This document shows, piece after piece, positions 30,948 through 39,870 of a DNA stretch of 64,000 bases; positions within the stretch are counted from its first letter, which is position 1; each line of letters begins with the position of its first letter. Source of the DNA: a virus. Lineage: Duplodnaviria > Caudoviricetes. The position numbers and the translations under genes were made by a program. The notes below the pieces were generated by a model. It saw nothing but the letters and a program-made list of their open reading frames with translations, did no database searches and had not been told where the DNA came from. The stretch lies in the IMG/VR virus record IMGVR_UViG_2721755486_000003; one strand, 5' to 3'.

Positions 30948-31020
30948 GAGACCGACGGAGGTTCAAACCATCCCGCCCTGGCAGCGTGCGAGGTACCTTA
31001 CTTAAACGCCGGTCTCTTTT
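30948..31020 (+). ncRNA. Candidate structured RNA with tRNA T-arm-like hairpin, antisense to the late operon
   Basis: TATAAT 30935-30940; terminal stem GAGACCG/CGGTCTC + TTTT; internal GGAGG-TTCAAAC-CATCC. Confidence 0.5.
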
Positions 31021-31541
31021 CATTTCACGAGCCCGTGGTCGTAGTAGCGACGGCCATCCGAGTACTTCTTCACGGTCAAGATCGCCCTGTGGGCCTGGCC
31101 GTCGATCGTGACCGGCGCCTCGTAGGTCTCCACCGCCAGGATGTTCACGTCCCCGCGCTTGTCCGGGGCCGACGCCACCAACTTCGCTTCCTCGAGCAAA
31201 GCCGGAATCGCCGGGACCGTGCGCACCAGCATGTCCGATGCGCCAGAGACGGTGTGCTTCACGCCGGCTTTGGTCACCAGGATCTTGTTGCCCGTCGCGC
31301 GGTTGCTGAACGACTTCCCGATGAACTGCTCGGCGTGCGCCAGCGCCTTCTGCCGCAGCTCCTTCATGCTGGTGTAGTCGCCCAGCTCGTCGCCGCGGAC
31401 CGTGACGGCGTGCTCGCCGCTCGCAGCCTGCGCGCCGCCGGCGCCGCCAGCACCGAACTGGCCGTTCTTGGCGCGCGGGTGCTTCTCTTCCTCCCACTGC
31501 GCGTCACGCACGTGGATGTGGATATGCAAATTCCGTCGCAT
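31020..31541 (-). CDS. LPD3 / BECR-fold putative RNase with head-protein N-terminal motif
   Basis: WEEEKHPRAKNGQF N-terminus; N.ATG.KI.V...GVKH...IPALLE.A...YYDH pattern. Confidence 0.7.
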   Translation of the reverse strand: MRRNLHIHIHVRDAQWEEEKHPRAKNGQFGAGGAGGAQAASGEHAVTVRGDELGDYTSMKELRQKALAHAEQFIGKSFSNRATGNKILVTKAGVKHTVSGASDMLVRTVPAIPALLEEAKLVASAPDKRGDVNILAVETYEAPVTIDGQAHRAILTVKKYSDGRRYYDHGLVK

Positions 31542-31545
31542 CAAT

Positions 31546-32283
31546 TCAGTCCGGCAGTACCGGGTCGGCGTAGCACCGGCAATTCGGCAGGCAGCCGGCG
31601 TGGCCGGTCATGCCGTCTAGCTCTGGCGGCTCATCCCAGGGGACGAACTCGCTGTTCATCTCCCGATGCGACTTCCGCACGTCACCGTCGCCAGCCGTGC
31701 GCCAGATGTATCCCTTCGACCCGACGTGCGTGGCGCGGGCCTGCGTCAGCGTGGTCGCGGTGCGCGTGACCTCTGTCCGCGCGATCAGCAGCGCCCGGCT
31801 CGCCGAGACCTCTTCCGAGCGCATGATCTCGGCCGCGATCGCGCTGGCCCGGCTGCTGTTCTCGATGCCTTCCAGCGTGAGCCGGTGCACCCGCACGGCA
31901 GCCTCGCGGGGAATGCTCTGGATCAGGTCGACCTGCTCGGCCAGCAACTGGCGCATGACCTCGCCCGTCGGCGCGTTCCGGATCTCGTCCCGCAGCGACC
32001 GGCCCATGTCGCGGGCCAGCACCTTCCAGTTCTGCTCATCCCGCAGCGCGACGTCCATCAGCATGTTGCTGGCGGTCATCGTCGCCCACTGCTGCAGCAT
32101 GTCGGCGTAGGCGTTCAGCAGGCGCTCGATCGTCGGCACCTGGCTGAGGTCGCCGGGCGTGAACGGCTGGATGATCGTGCCCACCTGCGCGGCGACCTTC
32201 TTCAGCGCCGAGCCGTAGCGCTTCTCTGCGCCGCGCGTGTTGACCGGGTTGCCTTTGCGCTTGCGGTCGAGGGTGAGGATCAT
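31546..32283 (-). CDS. Minor head protein (MuF / SPP1 gp7)
   Basis: RALLIARTE, YIWRTAGDGDVRKSH, PNCRC. Confidence 0.93.
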   Translation of the reverse strand: MILTLDRKRKGNPVNTRGAEKRYGSALKKVAAQVGTIIQPFTPGDLSQVPTIERLLNAYADMLQQWATMTASNMLMDVALRDEQNWKVLARDMGRSLRDEIRNAPTGEVMRQLLAEQVDLIQSIPREAAVRVHRLTLEGIENSSRASAIAAEIMRSEEVSASRALLIARTEVTRTATTLTQARATHVGSKGYIWRTAGDGDVRKSHREMNSEFVPWDEPPELDGMTGHAGCLPNCRCYADPVLPD

Positions 32284-33725
32284 CGCTTCGTGAAGAATCG
32301 CCGGAAGAACGAGTCCTTGGTGTTCGCCAGGGCGCCCAGGTCGGGCAGCGCCAGCTCCGGCCCGGGCGGCGGCACATCCCGCTCCTGCTGCTCGGCCTCG
32401 GCGATCTGCTCGTCGGTGATGCTGCCGAACATGCCGGTGTTCGGCGCGGATGCCTTCAGCTCCTTCATGCCGCCGCTGCGGCTGAGCAGGTTCGCGTCGA
32501 CCGCCGTGGCGACGGAATTCGTCGTCTTCTCGCCGATCTCGGACTTCTCCTTCTCCGACATCTCCTGCAGGCTGCGGAACTCGAAGGCAAAGTCTTCCGG
32601 CAGCGGCCGGCCGAGCGACGACATCGACATCACCGCCAGCAGCCGGTGCATCGGGTTGCGCAGCGAGCGTTCCTGCCGCCCGTGCACCTTCTCGTGGTAC
32701 TGCTTCATTTCGCCTTCGCCCGTGGCGTTCAGGCCCTGCGGGGCCTGGCCGAACAGCCGCGTGAGCGGGATGCCAGTGGCGCCGCTGAGCTGCTGCGCGA
32801 ACTGGATCAGCACGTCCGACAGGCCGCTGAAGGTGTACTGGTGCGTCTCGAACTTGTCCTTCGCATCGAGGACGGTCATGCCCTCGTTCGTCTGCGCGAG
32901 GCGCGTGAACTCGATCTGCGCCTTCAGGCCAGACAGCGCGGGGCCGCCCATGGCGACAATCTCGCGCAGGTTCTCGATGCTGATGACGCGCAGGTGAGCC
33001 TTGTAGACCAGCTGGCCGACGCCGACCGTCGCGCTGTCGAACGCGATCAGCCGGTCCCACATCGGCTCAAGCACCGACAGGCCCCACCCGTTCTCGCTGA
33101 TGCGCTGGAAGTGCGGCAGCTCCTTGCCATCCATCCGCAGCACGCGGGAATGGTGGATGCGCCCCCTCGGCAGCCCAGCCGACTCGGCGATGACGTCGTA
33201 GTACTCGGGCTTGCCGAGATCCGGCCCGAGTTCCTTCACAACCTCGCCGACGGGCGGCGCGATCATCCAGCGATCGAGCACGGCGAGCCCCTTGAACTGG
33301 CCGCGACCGACCGTCTCGACCCGAAGCGGCGTCGCCAGATCCTGGCCCTCGATCAGCATGACCGCGATCGAGCCGCCGTAGAGCTGGGCCCACTTGCCGT
33401 TGTCGCACAGCGATTCCCAGATCGCCAGGCGCATCATGTCGCGCTCAAGCTTGTTGATGTCGGCCGGGTCCAGGCCGGACATCTCAATGCCCTTGCGGGT
33501 CATGTCCTCGGGGATCGCGTCGACCGCGGCGCCGACGATCCAGGAACCGCGATACGCGGCTTCCAGCCAGACCCGGTTGCGGCTCTGGTAGGTCAGCGTG
33601 TACTGGGACGCGGACGACTGGTTCTCGGCGCCCCAGCCCAGCCGAGCCTGGAAGTTCGCGAACGAGTCGTTCGTGCGCTGCGCGGCCGGCTGCTGGCGGG
33701 AGGTGGGCCGGTTCTTTCGCGCCAT
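32280..33725 (-). CDS. Portal protein (DUF1073)
   Basis: VDAIPEDMTRKG, IHHSRV, GIPLTRLFGQAP.GLNATGE. Confidence 0.92.
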   Translation of the reverse strand: MARKNRPTSRQQPAAQRTNDSFANFQARLGWGAENQSSASQYTLTYQSRNRVWLEAAYRGSWIVGAAVDAIPEDMTRKGIEMSGLDPADINKLERDMMRLAIWESLCDNGKWAQLYGGSIAVMLIEGQDLATPLRVETVGRGQFKGLAVLDRWMIAPPVGEVVKELGPDLGKPEYYDVIAESAGLPRGRIHHSRVLRMDGKELPHFQRISENGWGLSVLEPMWDRLIAFDSATVGVGQLVYKAHLRVISIENLREIVAMGGPALSGLKAQIEFTRLAQTNEGMTVLDAKDKFETHQYTFSGLSDVLIQFAQQLSGATGIPLTRLFGQAPQGLNATGEGEMKQYHEKVHGRQERSLRNPMHRLLAVMSMSSLGRPLPEDFAFEFRSLQEMSEKEKSEIGEKTTNSVATAVDANLLSRSGGMKELKASAPNTGMFGSITDEQIAEAEQQERDVPPPGPELALPDLGALANTKDSFFRRFFTKR

Positions 33726-33746
33726 GGGGAGAACGTCCTGTCGTTG

Positions 33747-35297
33747 CTACCCGGCCAGCTTCTCCCAGACCGAAAGGCCCCGGGCAGCGCCGAGCATGTC
33801 ATTGATCGCGTCGACCATCGGATCGATCTGGTCGTCGTGCATGTGCGTGTCGTCCGCGGTGAACGCATCGCACTCAGTCGTGAAGTCGCTCGCCCACGGC
33901 GCCTCTTCTGGAATGCAGACGAAGCCGGAATCGATCCAGCTCACCACGTCCATGACGCGCGTGAGCTTGTCGGTCGAGCGCGGGATGCCCTCGATCGGGA
34001 ATCGCCCCTCGTCCTGGATGTCCTGGATCAGGCCGGTACCGCTCGCCTTGTCCTCGACGTACATCTGCCGCAGCGCGCCCAGGTTCGCGTCGCTGCCGGC
34101 GGCCAGATGCTTGTTCCAAAAGTCGATGGCCTGCTGCTTGAGCTGCGGCGCCGTCCACTTCCCGCGGATCAGGTCCAGCAGGTAGAGGCGGTTGTCGTAG
34201 CCAAGCCCCCAGCATTCGAAGACGCTGTAGTCGTTGCGCTCGGCCGTCTTCTGCGCCGTGTCGCCGTAGATGTGGCGATGGCGCAGCTGCGGCAGCACGC
34301 GGTAGCGCTGGAACTTGCCGCTCTGGATGATCCCGCCGCCCAGCGGGCTCGGGCGCTGCATGTACTGGCCGCTGAAGACGTAGCGGTCAGCCTTCTCGCT
34401 GGCCAGCAGGTCGTCGAGCGGCTCCTTATACGGCCAGTAGCTGAACCGGCCCGCGTCGTCCGTCTCGCCGCGCTCGACCAGCGCGCGCACGCGCTCGGGC
34501 AGCCGATCGACATACTCATCGGTGATCAGCGCCGGGATCTCGATGAACTCCCAGTCGCCCGGCACCTTGCCGGCTTTGATGAAGCCCGTCGGGTCTTCCT
34601 CGGCCAGCCGCTGCATGATCACGATGATCGGCGTGTCCGGGTTGGCCTTCCGGCTCTTCACCGTCGACAGCAGCTTGCGGTTCGCCTTGTCGCGATTCGT
34701 CTTGCTGTAGGCGTCCTCGACCTTCAGCGGGTCGTCGATGATGATGGCGCCCTGCCACCCCTCCGCCATGTGGCCCGCGCGGAAGCCCGTGATCTGGCCG
34801 CCGAGCGAGACCGCGTACACGCCGCCCGCTTTCTTGCCCTCGGAAACGACGTTCCAGCGCTTCTTCGACTTGGCGTCTGCCGCGATGGTCAGCGGCCAGA
34901 GAGCCTGGTACTCGTCCGACTGCACGATCTCGCGCGCCGTCTCGCTGTTCAGCAGCGCCAGGTCATCCGAGTAGGAGATGTGCAGGAACCGCGCGCGCGG
35001 GTTCCGCGCCAGCCCCCGGGCGATCAGGTTGATCGCCACCAGCTCGGTCTTCGACGAGCCCGGCGGCACGTTGATGACGACGTTCTTCAGCTCGCCGTCG
35101 ATCACGCGCTGGACCGTGTCCGCAATCAGGACGTGGTGCCAGTTGACCCGGAACTTGATGCCTTGCCGGTGCTTGAAGAAGTACCGGCTGAAAAACAGGT
35201 GATCGCGCTCGCACTTCGCCTTCAGGACGGCGCGCTCGACCGCAGGGTCAATAGTCGTCCTCGAGCTTGGCGACGGCGGCTGCGACCTGTTTTTCAT
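33747..35297 (-). CDS. terL: Terminase large subunit (start uncertain)
   Basis: [10 protein letters not shown] Walker A, IIIDDP Walker B, MQRL, YMQRP, HDDQID. Confidence 0.95.
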   Translation of the reverse strand: MKNRSQPPSPSSRTTIDPAVERAVLKAKCERDHLFFSRYFFKHRQGIKFRVNWHHVLIADTVQRVIDGELKNVVINVPPGSSKTELVAINLIARGLARNPRARFLHISYSDDLALLNSETAREIVQSDEYQALWPLTIAADAKSKKRWNVVSEGKKAGGVYAVSLGGQITGFRAGHMAEGWQGAIIIDDPLKVEDAYSKTNRDKANRKLLSTVKSRKANPDTPIIVIMQRLAEEDPTGFIKAGKVPGDWEFIEIPALITDEYVDRLPERVRALVERGETDDAGRFSYWPYKEPLDDLLASEKADRYVFSGQYMQRPSPLGGGIIQSGKFQRYRVLPQLRHRHIYGDTAQKTAERNDYSVFECWGLGYDNRLYLLDLIRGKWTAPQLKQQAIDFWNKHLAAGSDANLGALRQMYVEDKASGTGLIQDIQDEGRFPIEGIPRSTDKLTRVMDVVSWIDSGFVCIPEEAPWASDFTTECDAFTADDTHMHDDQIDPMVDAINDMLGAARGLSVWEKLAG

Positions 35298-35658
35298 CGA
35301 CGACGGTGGTGCGTTGTTCGACCGGTCCGCCGTCCTTGCCGGTCAGCTCGACGCCCTGAGGTGGCTCCTTCCAGCCGGCCTGGGTCTTCAGCCAGAAGAT
35401 GGCCGCCGTCACGGCGCCTTTGCCGCTGCCGGTGGCATGCCGGAACAGCGACTGCGCGACGAGCGTGTTGGCCTGGTCCTTGCCGCTGTCCAGCTCCTTG
35501 CGGAAGTACTTCCTGAGCGAGACCACACCGAGCGCCTTGCCCGTCTGCGGGTTGTGGACCCGCTCGGCAATGTACTCGTGCGGCGCGCCGAAGCCGGCGA
35601 GGGAGAGCACCAGCTTCCGGTCCTCGTCCGTCGGCACGAAGGGCTTGCGTCCTGCCAT
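35248..35658 (-). CDS. terS: Terminase small subunit
   Basis: [31 protein letters not shown]. Confidence 0.88.
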   Translation of the reverse strand: MAGRKPFVPTDEDRKLVLSLAGFGAPHEYIAERVHNPQTGKALGVVSLRKYFRKELDSGKDQANTLVAQSLFRHATGSGKGAVTAAIFWLKTQAGWKEPPQGVELTGKDGGPVEQRTTVVDEKQVAAAVAKLEDDY

Positions 35659-35747
35659 GTCATTGCTTCCCACCCCCAACTTCCGGAGGGCTTAAACAGC
35701 CGGGCTCACCGCCGAAATAGAAGGATTTGCGTCTTTCAGGATTCGAG

Positions 35748-36233
35748 ATGGCACAGCATAGGAGATCGCTACGCCGCCCAAGCCACCGCCGTTCGCAGGT
35801 GGCCGCGCCGCCACGGGCACTGGCTGCAACCCACAGACGGGCAGAGAGCATGGCGGTCTATACGGCCATATTTGGCCAGTACTGGTCTTGGAAGCAGGAG
35901 TTCATGAAGCACTTGACCCTGCTGAACGGCCTAGGCCTCACCGCATCTGCGACGCTGGCTGGCACGGGCCTCCTACAGGGGAAAGCTGGCGTCGCCGGCG
36001 CATGGATCTGGCTCTTCACGCTCGGCCTCTACGCCGCCGTGCTGGCGCTTGGAATGGGCTCGCAAGATCTCCGGATGCACCGAAAACGGCAAATCGAGGC
36101 GCTCATCCTCGGGGACGCCGATCATCCTGAAATGCAGCAGGTACTGGAATCCCCCTGGTTCAAGTGGCTCGGCTTCGCATCGCTTGCCTTCTTCCTGTTC
36201 GGCGCAGGCTGGCTCAGCTACGCCCTGTCCTAG
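35748..36233 (+). CDS. Membrane protein moron, antisense to late operon (start uncertain)
   Basis: Three hydrophobic segments; stop overlaps the stop of 36230 ORF. Confidence 0.6.
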   Translation: MAQHRRSLRRPSHRRSQVAAPPRALAATHRRAESMAVYTAIFGQYWSWKQEFMKHLTLLNGLGLTASATLAGTGLLQGKAGVAGAWIWLFTLGLYAAVLALGMGSQDLRMHRKRQIEALILGDADHPEMQQVLESPWFKWLGFASLAFFLFGAGWLSYALS

Positions 36234-37612
36234 GACGTCTCGGCGTCGGGGAACAGGTCGTCTGAGATCTCCACATCGCCGCAGGCGGCCACTGCCCGCT
36301 TCCAGTCGCCCTTCACGAACACCAGCACGTGCTGGTGGGCTGTGCCCAGCTTCCGGCTGGCGCTGAACTGCTTGCCGGCCCGGATGGGCAGGCTGCCCAG
36401 GGCGGTCAGTAGCACCGCGTGGTTGTACAGCGCCATGCCCGCATCGAGGAAGGCTTCGATCGTGTCCGCCACGAAGTTCCGGTATGGCCCGGTGCCGCGC
36501 TTCTCGCGCACGTCGCCGACCACGAAGCAGGCGAAGCGGTCGGGCTTGAGCTGCCCCACTGCGCCGGCGATCACCTCGCGGTAGGCGGTCAGGAAGGCCG
36601 GATAGTCCATCGTGGACAGGTCGGCCGGATCGTCCGAATAGCGCTCGAGGTCCGCATAGGGCGGGCACGAGAACACGAAGTCGGCTTCCAGGTCTGCCAG
36701 GCGCCGGCCGATCTGCCGGCTGTCGCCCACGTGCCAGGCCGGCGCCGGGTCTTCCGTCCGCACCAGGTGGAGCTGGCCGCGGTTCGCTTCCACCTGCTCG
36801 GCGCGCAGCTCCATGCCGATGTACTGCCGGCCCAGCCGCGAGGCCACCAGGCCGCGCACGCTGCCGCCGGCGAACGGGTCCAGCACAATCCCGCCCGGCG
36901 GGCAGAACCAGCTGTAGGCCAGTTCGCACAGCACCGGGTCGAAGATGCTGGTCCGGTGCTGCGCCGGCGCGCCGCTGTCCGCCTTCTGGTGCTCGGACGC
37001 CTTGGCGTAGGCCGGCGCGTCGCGGCCCAACTCGGACTGGATACCCAGCGCCAGCCAGGCGGCCTTGCGTTCCTGCCAGGCCGCGTCGCGCGCGTTGAGC
37101 GTGCTGAACGGCGGCACCATGAACCGGTCGGCCAGGCTCTTGCTGGCGCCGCCCGGGCCCGGCTCGCCGGGGTCCAGCAGCTCGGCCAGCTCACCCGCGT
37201 CGAAGCCGATCAGGCTCAGGTCGAACTCGGCATCACGCAGGTCCGCCAGCTCGGCGGCCAGCAGTGCGGTGTCCCAGCCAGCGTTCTCGGCCAGCTTGTT
37301 GTCGGCCAGGATGTAGGCTCGGCGCTCGTCAGCGTCCAGGTGTGACAGGTCGACCGTGGGCACCTCGCCAGCCACTGGGCAGTGGCGGATGGACTCGCCG
37401 GCCGCCCACAGCTGCGTGGCCGCCTCAAGCCGGCCGTGCCCGGCCAGCAGCTCGTCGCCGGCGGTCAAGGCCGCGTTGGTCCAGCCGAAGCGCCGCAGCG
37501 AGGCCTTGAGCTGCTCGATCTGGGCTGCGCTGTGCGTCCGCGCATTCCGCTCATACCGGACCAGGTCGGCCGCCGCGCGGTACACGACGGCGAGCTGGTC
37601 GGGGTTTTTCAT
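36230..37612 (-). CDS. ParB-like domain + amino-methyltransferase fusion
   Basis: NARTHS, AGHGRL, LADNKL; LDPFAGGSVRG and SCPPY. Confidence 0.88.
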   Translation of the reverse strand: MKNPDQLAVVYRAAADLVRYERNARTHSAAQIEQLKASLRRFGWTNAALTAGDELLAGHGRLEAATQLWAAGESIRHCPVAGEVPTVDLSHLDADERRAYILADNKLAENAGWDTALLAAELADLRDAEFDLSLIGFDAGELAELLDPGEPGPGGASKSLADRFMVPPFSTLNARDAAWQERKAAWLALGIQSELGRDAPAYAKASEHQKADSGAPAQHRTSIFDPVLCELAYSWFCPPGGIVLDPFAGGSVRGLVASRLGRQYIGMELRAEQVEANRGQLHLVRTEDPAPAWHVGDSRQIGRRLADLEADFVFSCPPYADLERYSDDPADLSTMDYPAFLTAYREVIAGAVGQLKPDRFACFVVGDVREKRGTGPYRNFVADTIEAFLDAGMALYNHAVLLTALGSLPIRAGKQFSASRKLGTAHQHVLVFVKGDWKRAVAACGDVEISDDLFPDAETS

Positions 37613-37805
37613 AGGCGACAGAAATGCTGGGACGCGGAAGAAAGAAGCCCGGCGCGTGGCCGGGCAATCCACTGCGGGGAGCGGTGGAGGAGACAGAGGA
37701 AATCTATCCGCTGGCGCCAGATCGAGCGCCAGCGGAGGGGAGTTTGCTGCGCGCACAAGATGGGAGGAAAATCGTTCGATTTCCCCTCATTCGATCGCGT
37801 GCCGC

Positions 37806-38387
37806 ATGAATACCATCTACAAAGACAAGAAGCTCCGCGAGGCGCTGTATTCGATATACCTTGCGCAATTCAAGGCTTTCAAAGCCTGTCCTGACCAATT
37901 GAATAAGGCCGATGCAACCCGGATGCTCACGAGTCTGATGGGCTCCAAGCCCTGGTCGTGGCGCGTGGTTGGCATCACACCTGCTGCGCTGGAAGTCTTC
38001 AAAGAGCACCACTTCGAGAAGCCCAAGGAAAAGCTACTCCAGCGCGGCCACATTTACAGCCGTTCCAGCACTGCGGAAGCCTTGCTCAGGAGCGATGAGC
38101 CGAGACCCCTGAAAGACTTCTTCGATTTTTTCCTCGAACGGGACAAAACGGTAATCGGCCTAACCAGTGAGAACCCTAGCCGCGGCAATCATTCAACTCC
38201 TTGCTACTACCCCATCGATCTATCCAGCGAGCTGTTCCCGTGCGGGTCGCTTATTGGCTGGAAGCAGGGCGAGAAGGAGGCAACGTTTCTGAGGGCCCTG
38301 TACGAAGCTCGGCATAAGGCGCCCCGATCATGCGGTTGGCCACAGAATGAGAGCTGCCCTCAATGCAAAGCAGTAGCGGCAAAGTAG
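37806..38387 (+). CDS. Moron, possible HNH-derived nuclease
   Basis: AT-richer ORF; QRGHIYSR...VIGLTSEN spacing resembles His-Me finger. Confidence 0.6.
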   Translation: MNTIYKDKKLREALYSIYLAQFKAFKACPDQLNKADATRMLTSLMGSKPWSWRVVGITPAALEVFKEHHFEKPKEKLLQRGHIYSRSSTAEALLRSDEPRPLKDFFDFFLERDKTVIGLTSENPSRGNHSTPCYYPIDLSSELFPCGSLIGWKQGEKEATFLRALYEARHKAPRSCGWPQNESCPQCKAVAAK

Positions 38388-38483
38388 AGGCCCACGAAAG
38401 GCGCCCTCTCCAGCGAGAGTCGCGAGCACACCCGAAGCCGGTCCGCAGCGATAATTGAGGCTGGCTGGCTATTGAGAATCCAG

Positions 38484-38684
38484 ATGACCGAAAGAAAGCG
38501 AGTCGACGCCTTCAAGGTGCGGCACCAGGGAACTGGCACCGTGCACGACGTGTTCGTCTACGAACTGCGGATCGGCGACAAGCCGGCGCAGACCTTCGAA
38601 ACCCGCAGTGGAAAGGCGCTGGTTCGAATCTCCGAGAACCAGTTCGAGATGCCTGACACGAAGGCAAGATTTACCCGCATATAA
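38484..38684 (+). CDS. Small hypothetical protein
   Basis: GATAAT upstream, ends at hairpin 38690-38710. Confidence 0.6.
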   Translation: MTERKRVDAFKVRHQGTGTVHDVFVYELRIGDKPAQTFETRSGKALVRISENQFEMPDTKARFTRI

Positions 38685-38688
38685 CGCA

Positions 38689-38710
38689 AAAGCCCGCTTG
38701 CGCGGGCTTT
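38689..38710. terminator. Bidirectional terminator-like hairpin
   Basis: AAAGCCCGC-TTGC-GCGGGCTTT. Confidence 0.6.
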
Positions 38711-38768
38711 GGACGTAGTTCTCAGGTGTATCGAGTTGACGCCATTTTTGTGCACGATTTGCACATTG

Positions 38769-39371
38769 TCAAGCGGCGACCTCGATTTTCACCATCCCAG
38801 CGGCCTTCAGGCGGATGTCGATGGCCGTCCAGGCAACCTGCTCTACCCCGGGCGCCGAGTTCAGCCCGCGGCGGCCGCGCTCGCCCTCGATCCACAGCTT
38901 GAGGCGCTTGTTCTGCTCGCCGACCGTGTTCCGGTGGGCGCCGCAGTCCTCGGCGATCTGCACCAGGTCGATCTTCACCCCGAAGATTTTCTCCAGGATC
39001 GAGCGGCGCACACGGTAGTGCGAGAACGACCCCGACAACTGCTGCATGGCCTGGTCCGTCAGCCAGACGATGGCCTCGGCCCATTCCGGGTTCAGTGTCT
39101 TGCCCATGCAGCAGGCCGACCGGCACTCGCACGGCAGCTCGCGCGGCGCGGCGCGCGCGGTCAGCACACGCTGATGCAGCTCGGGCAGCGTACCCAATTC
39201 TCGACGGATCATGCCGGCCTGGGCGGCCCCGTCGACACCGACAAGCCCCTTCCCTGACCCGATCGCGGGCGACATGGCCTTGTTCATCGCCGAGGCCTGG
39301 TACTGCTGGCCCGAGTAGCTGAACGCGAAGCGCAGCGCGTCGTGAGAGCTGTCGAAGAGGCGTTCTTCCAT
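38769..39371 (-). CDS. Putative late antiterminator/activator (Q position)
   Basis: CECRSACC zinc motif, C-terminal HTH, last early gene before the late operon. Confidence 0.65.
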   Translation of the reverse strand: MEERLFDSSHDALRFAFSYSGQQYQASAMNKAMSPAIGSGKGLVGVDGAAQAGMIRRELGTLPELHQRVLTARAAPRELPCECRSACCMGKTLNPEWAEAIVWLTDQAMQQLSGSFSHYRVRRSILEKIFGVKIDLVQIAEDCGAHRNTVGEQNKRLKLWIEGERGRRGLNSAPGVEQVAWTAIDIRLKAAGMVKIEVAA

Positions 39372-39399
39372 CGTGGTTTCCCCCGTCACGTTCAATCCT

Positions 39400-39870
39400 T
39401 CAAGCCGCTTGCAGCGGCAGTTGTTCCACGCTCACGCGCACCCCGGGCGAGGCGCTGTAGCGCTTGCTGATGCGGTACTCGACCGCCTGGGCATCGTCGA
39501 CCCACACGATGCCGTTCATGCCGTCCTTCACGGCCTTGAGCACGTTGTCGGCATCGGGCTTTTTCGTCGCCGCGATCTGGCCGGCAATGGCCTGCTGCTG
39601 GCGCTTCTTGGACCAGCTGGCCGGGATCTGCAGCTCGATGTCGAGCCAGAGCTCGACCGGGCCCTCGATGGGCGGCCGGCCGGCCATGGCCTGCGTCGCG
39701 GCCAGCTTGACCAGGTTCTCGTATCGAGCCGTCGGCTCGGGGGTGTAGGTCCGCACGAAGCCGCCCTGGCGCGAGAACTTGGGCCGACCCTTGGCGACCG
39801 GCTGCCCGGGCACGGCGAACACGACGCGGCGCAGTGCGCGGCCGTCGGCGAAGAGCGATTGCGTCGTCAT
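39400..39870 (-). CDS. rusA: RusA family Holliday junction resolvase
   Basis: PGQPVAKGRP, KPDADNVLKAVKDGMNGIVWVDD. Confidence 0.92.
   Translation of the reverse strand: MTTQSLFADGRALRRVVFAVPGQPVAKGRPKFSRQGGFVRTYTPEPTARYENLVKLAATQAMAGRPPIEGPVELWLDIELQIPASWSKKRQQQAIAGQIAATKKPDADNVLKAVKDGMNGIVWVDDAQAVEYRISKRYSASPGVRVSVEQLPLQAA

Noticed and set aside
30955-30983. Secondary att site
   Set aside because: Resembles only the T-arm part of the core, lacks the anticodon-loop region where the att match ends, and has no TTGGACA arm sites; treated as an RNA candidate instead.
32280-33725. Anti-CBASS Acb1 function sometimes attached to this portal family
   Set aside because: Length and sequence fit a portal alone; no HxT/HxS phosphoesterase extension seen.
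32646-35516. Long plus-strand ORFs (956 aa; also 19034-21430, 22009-23892, 15665-17302, and 51526-53343 on minus)
   Set aside because: Antisense shadows of GC-rich genes with clear motifs on the other strand.
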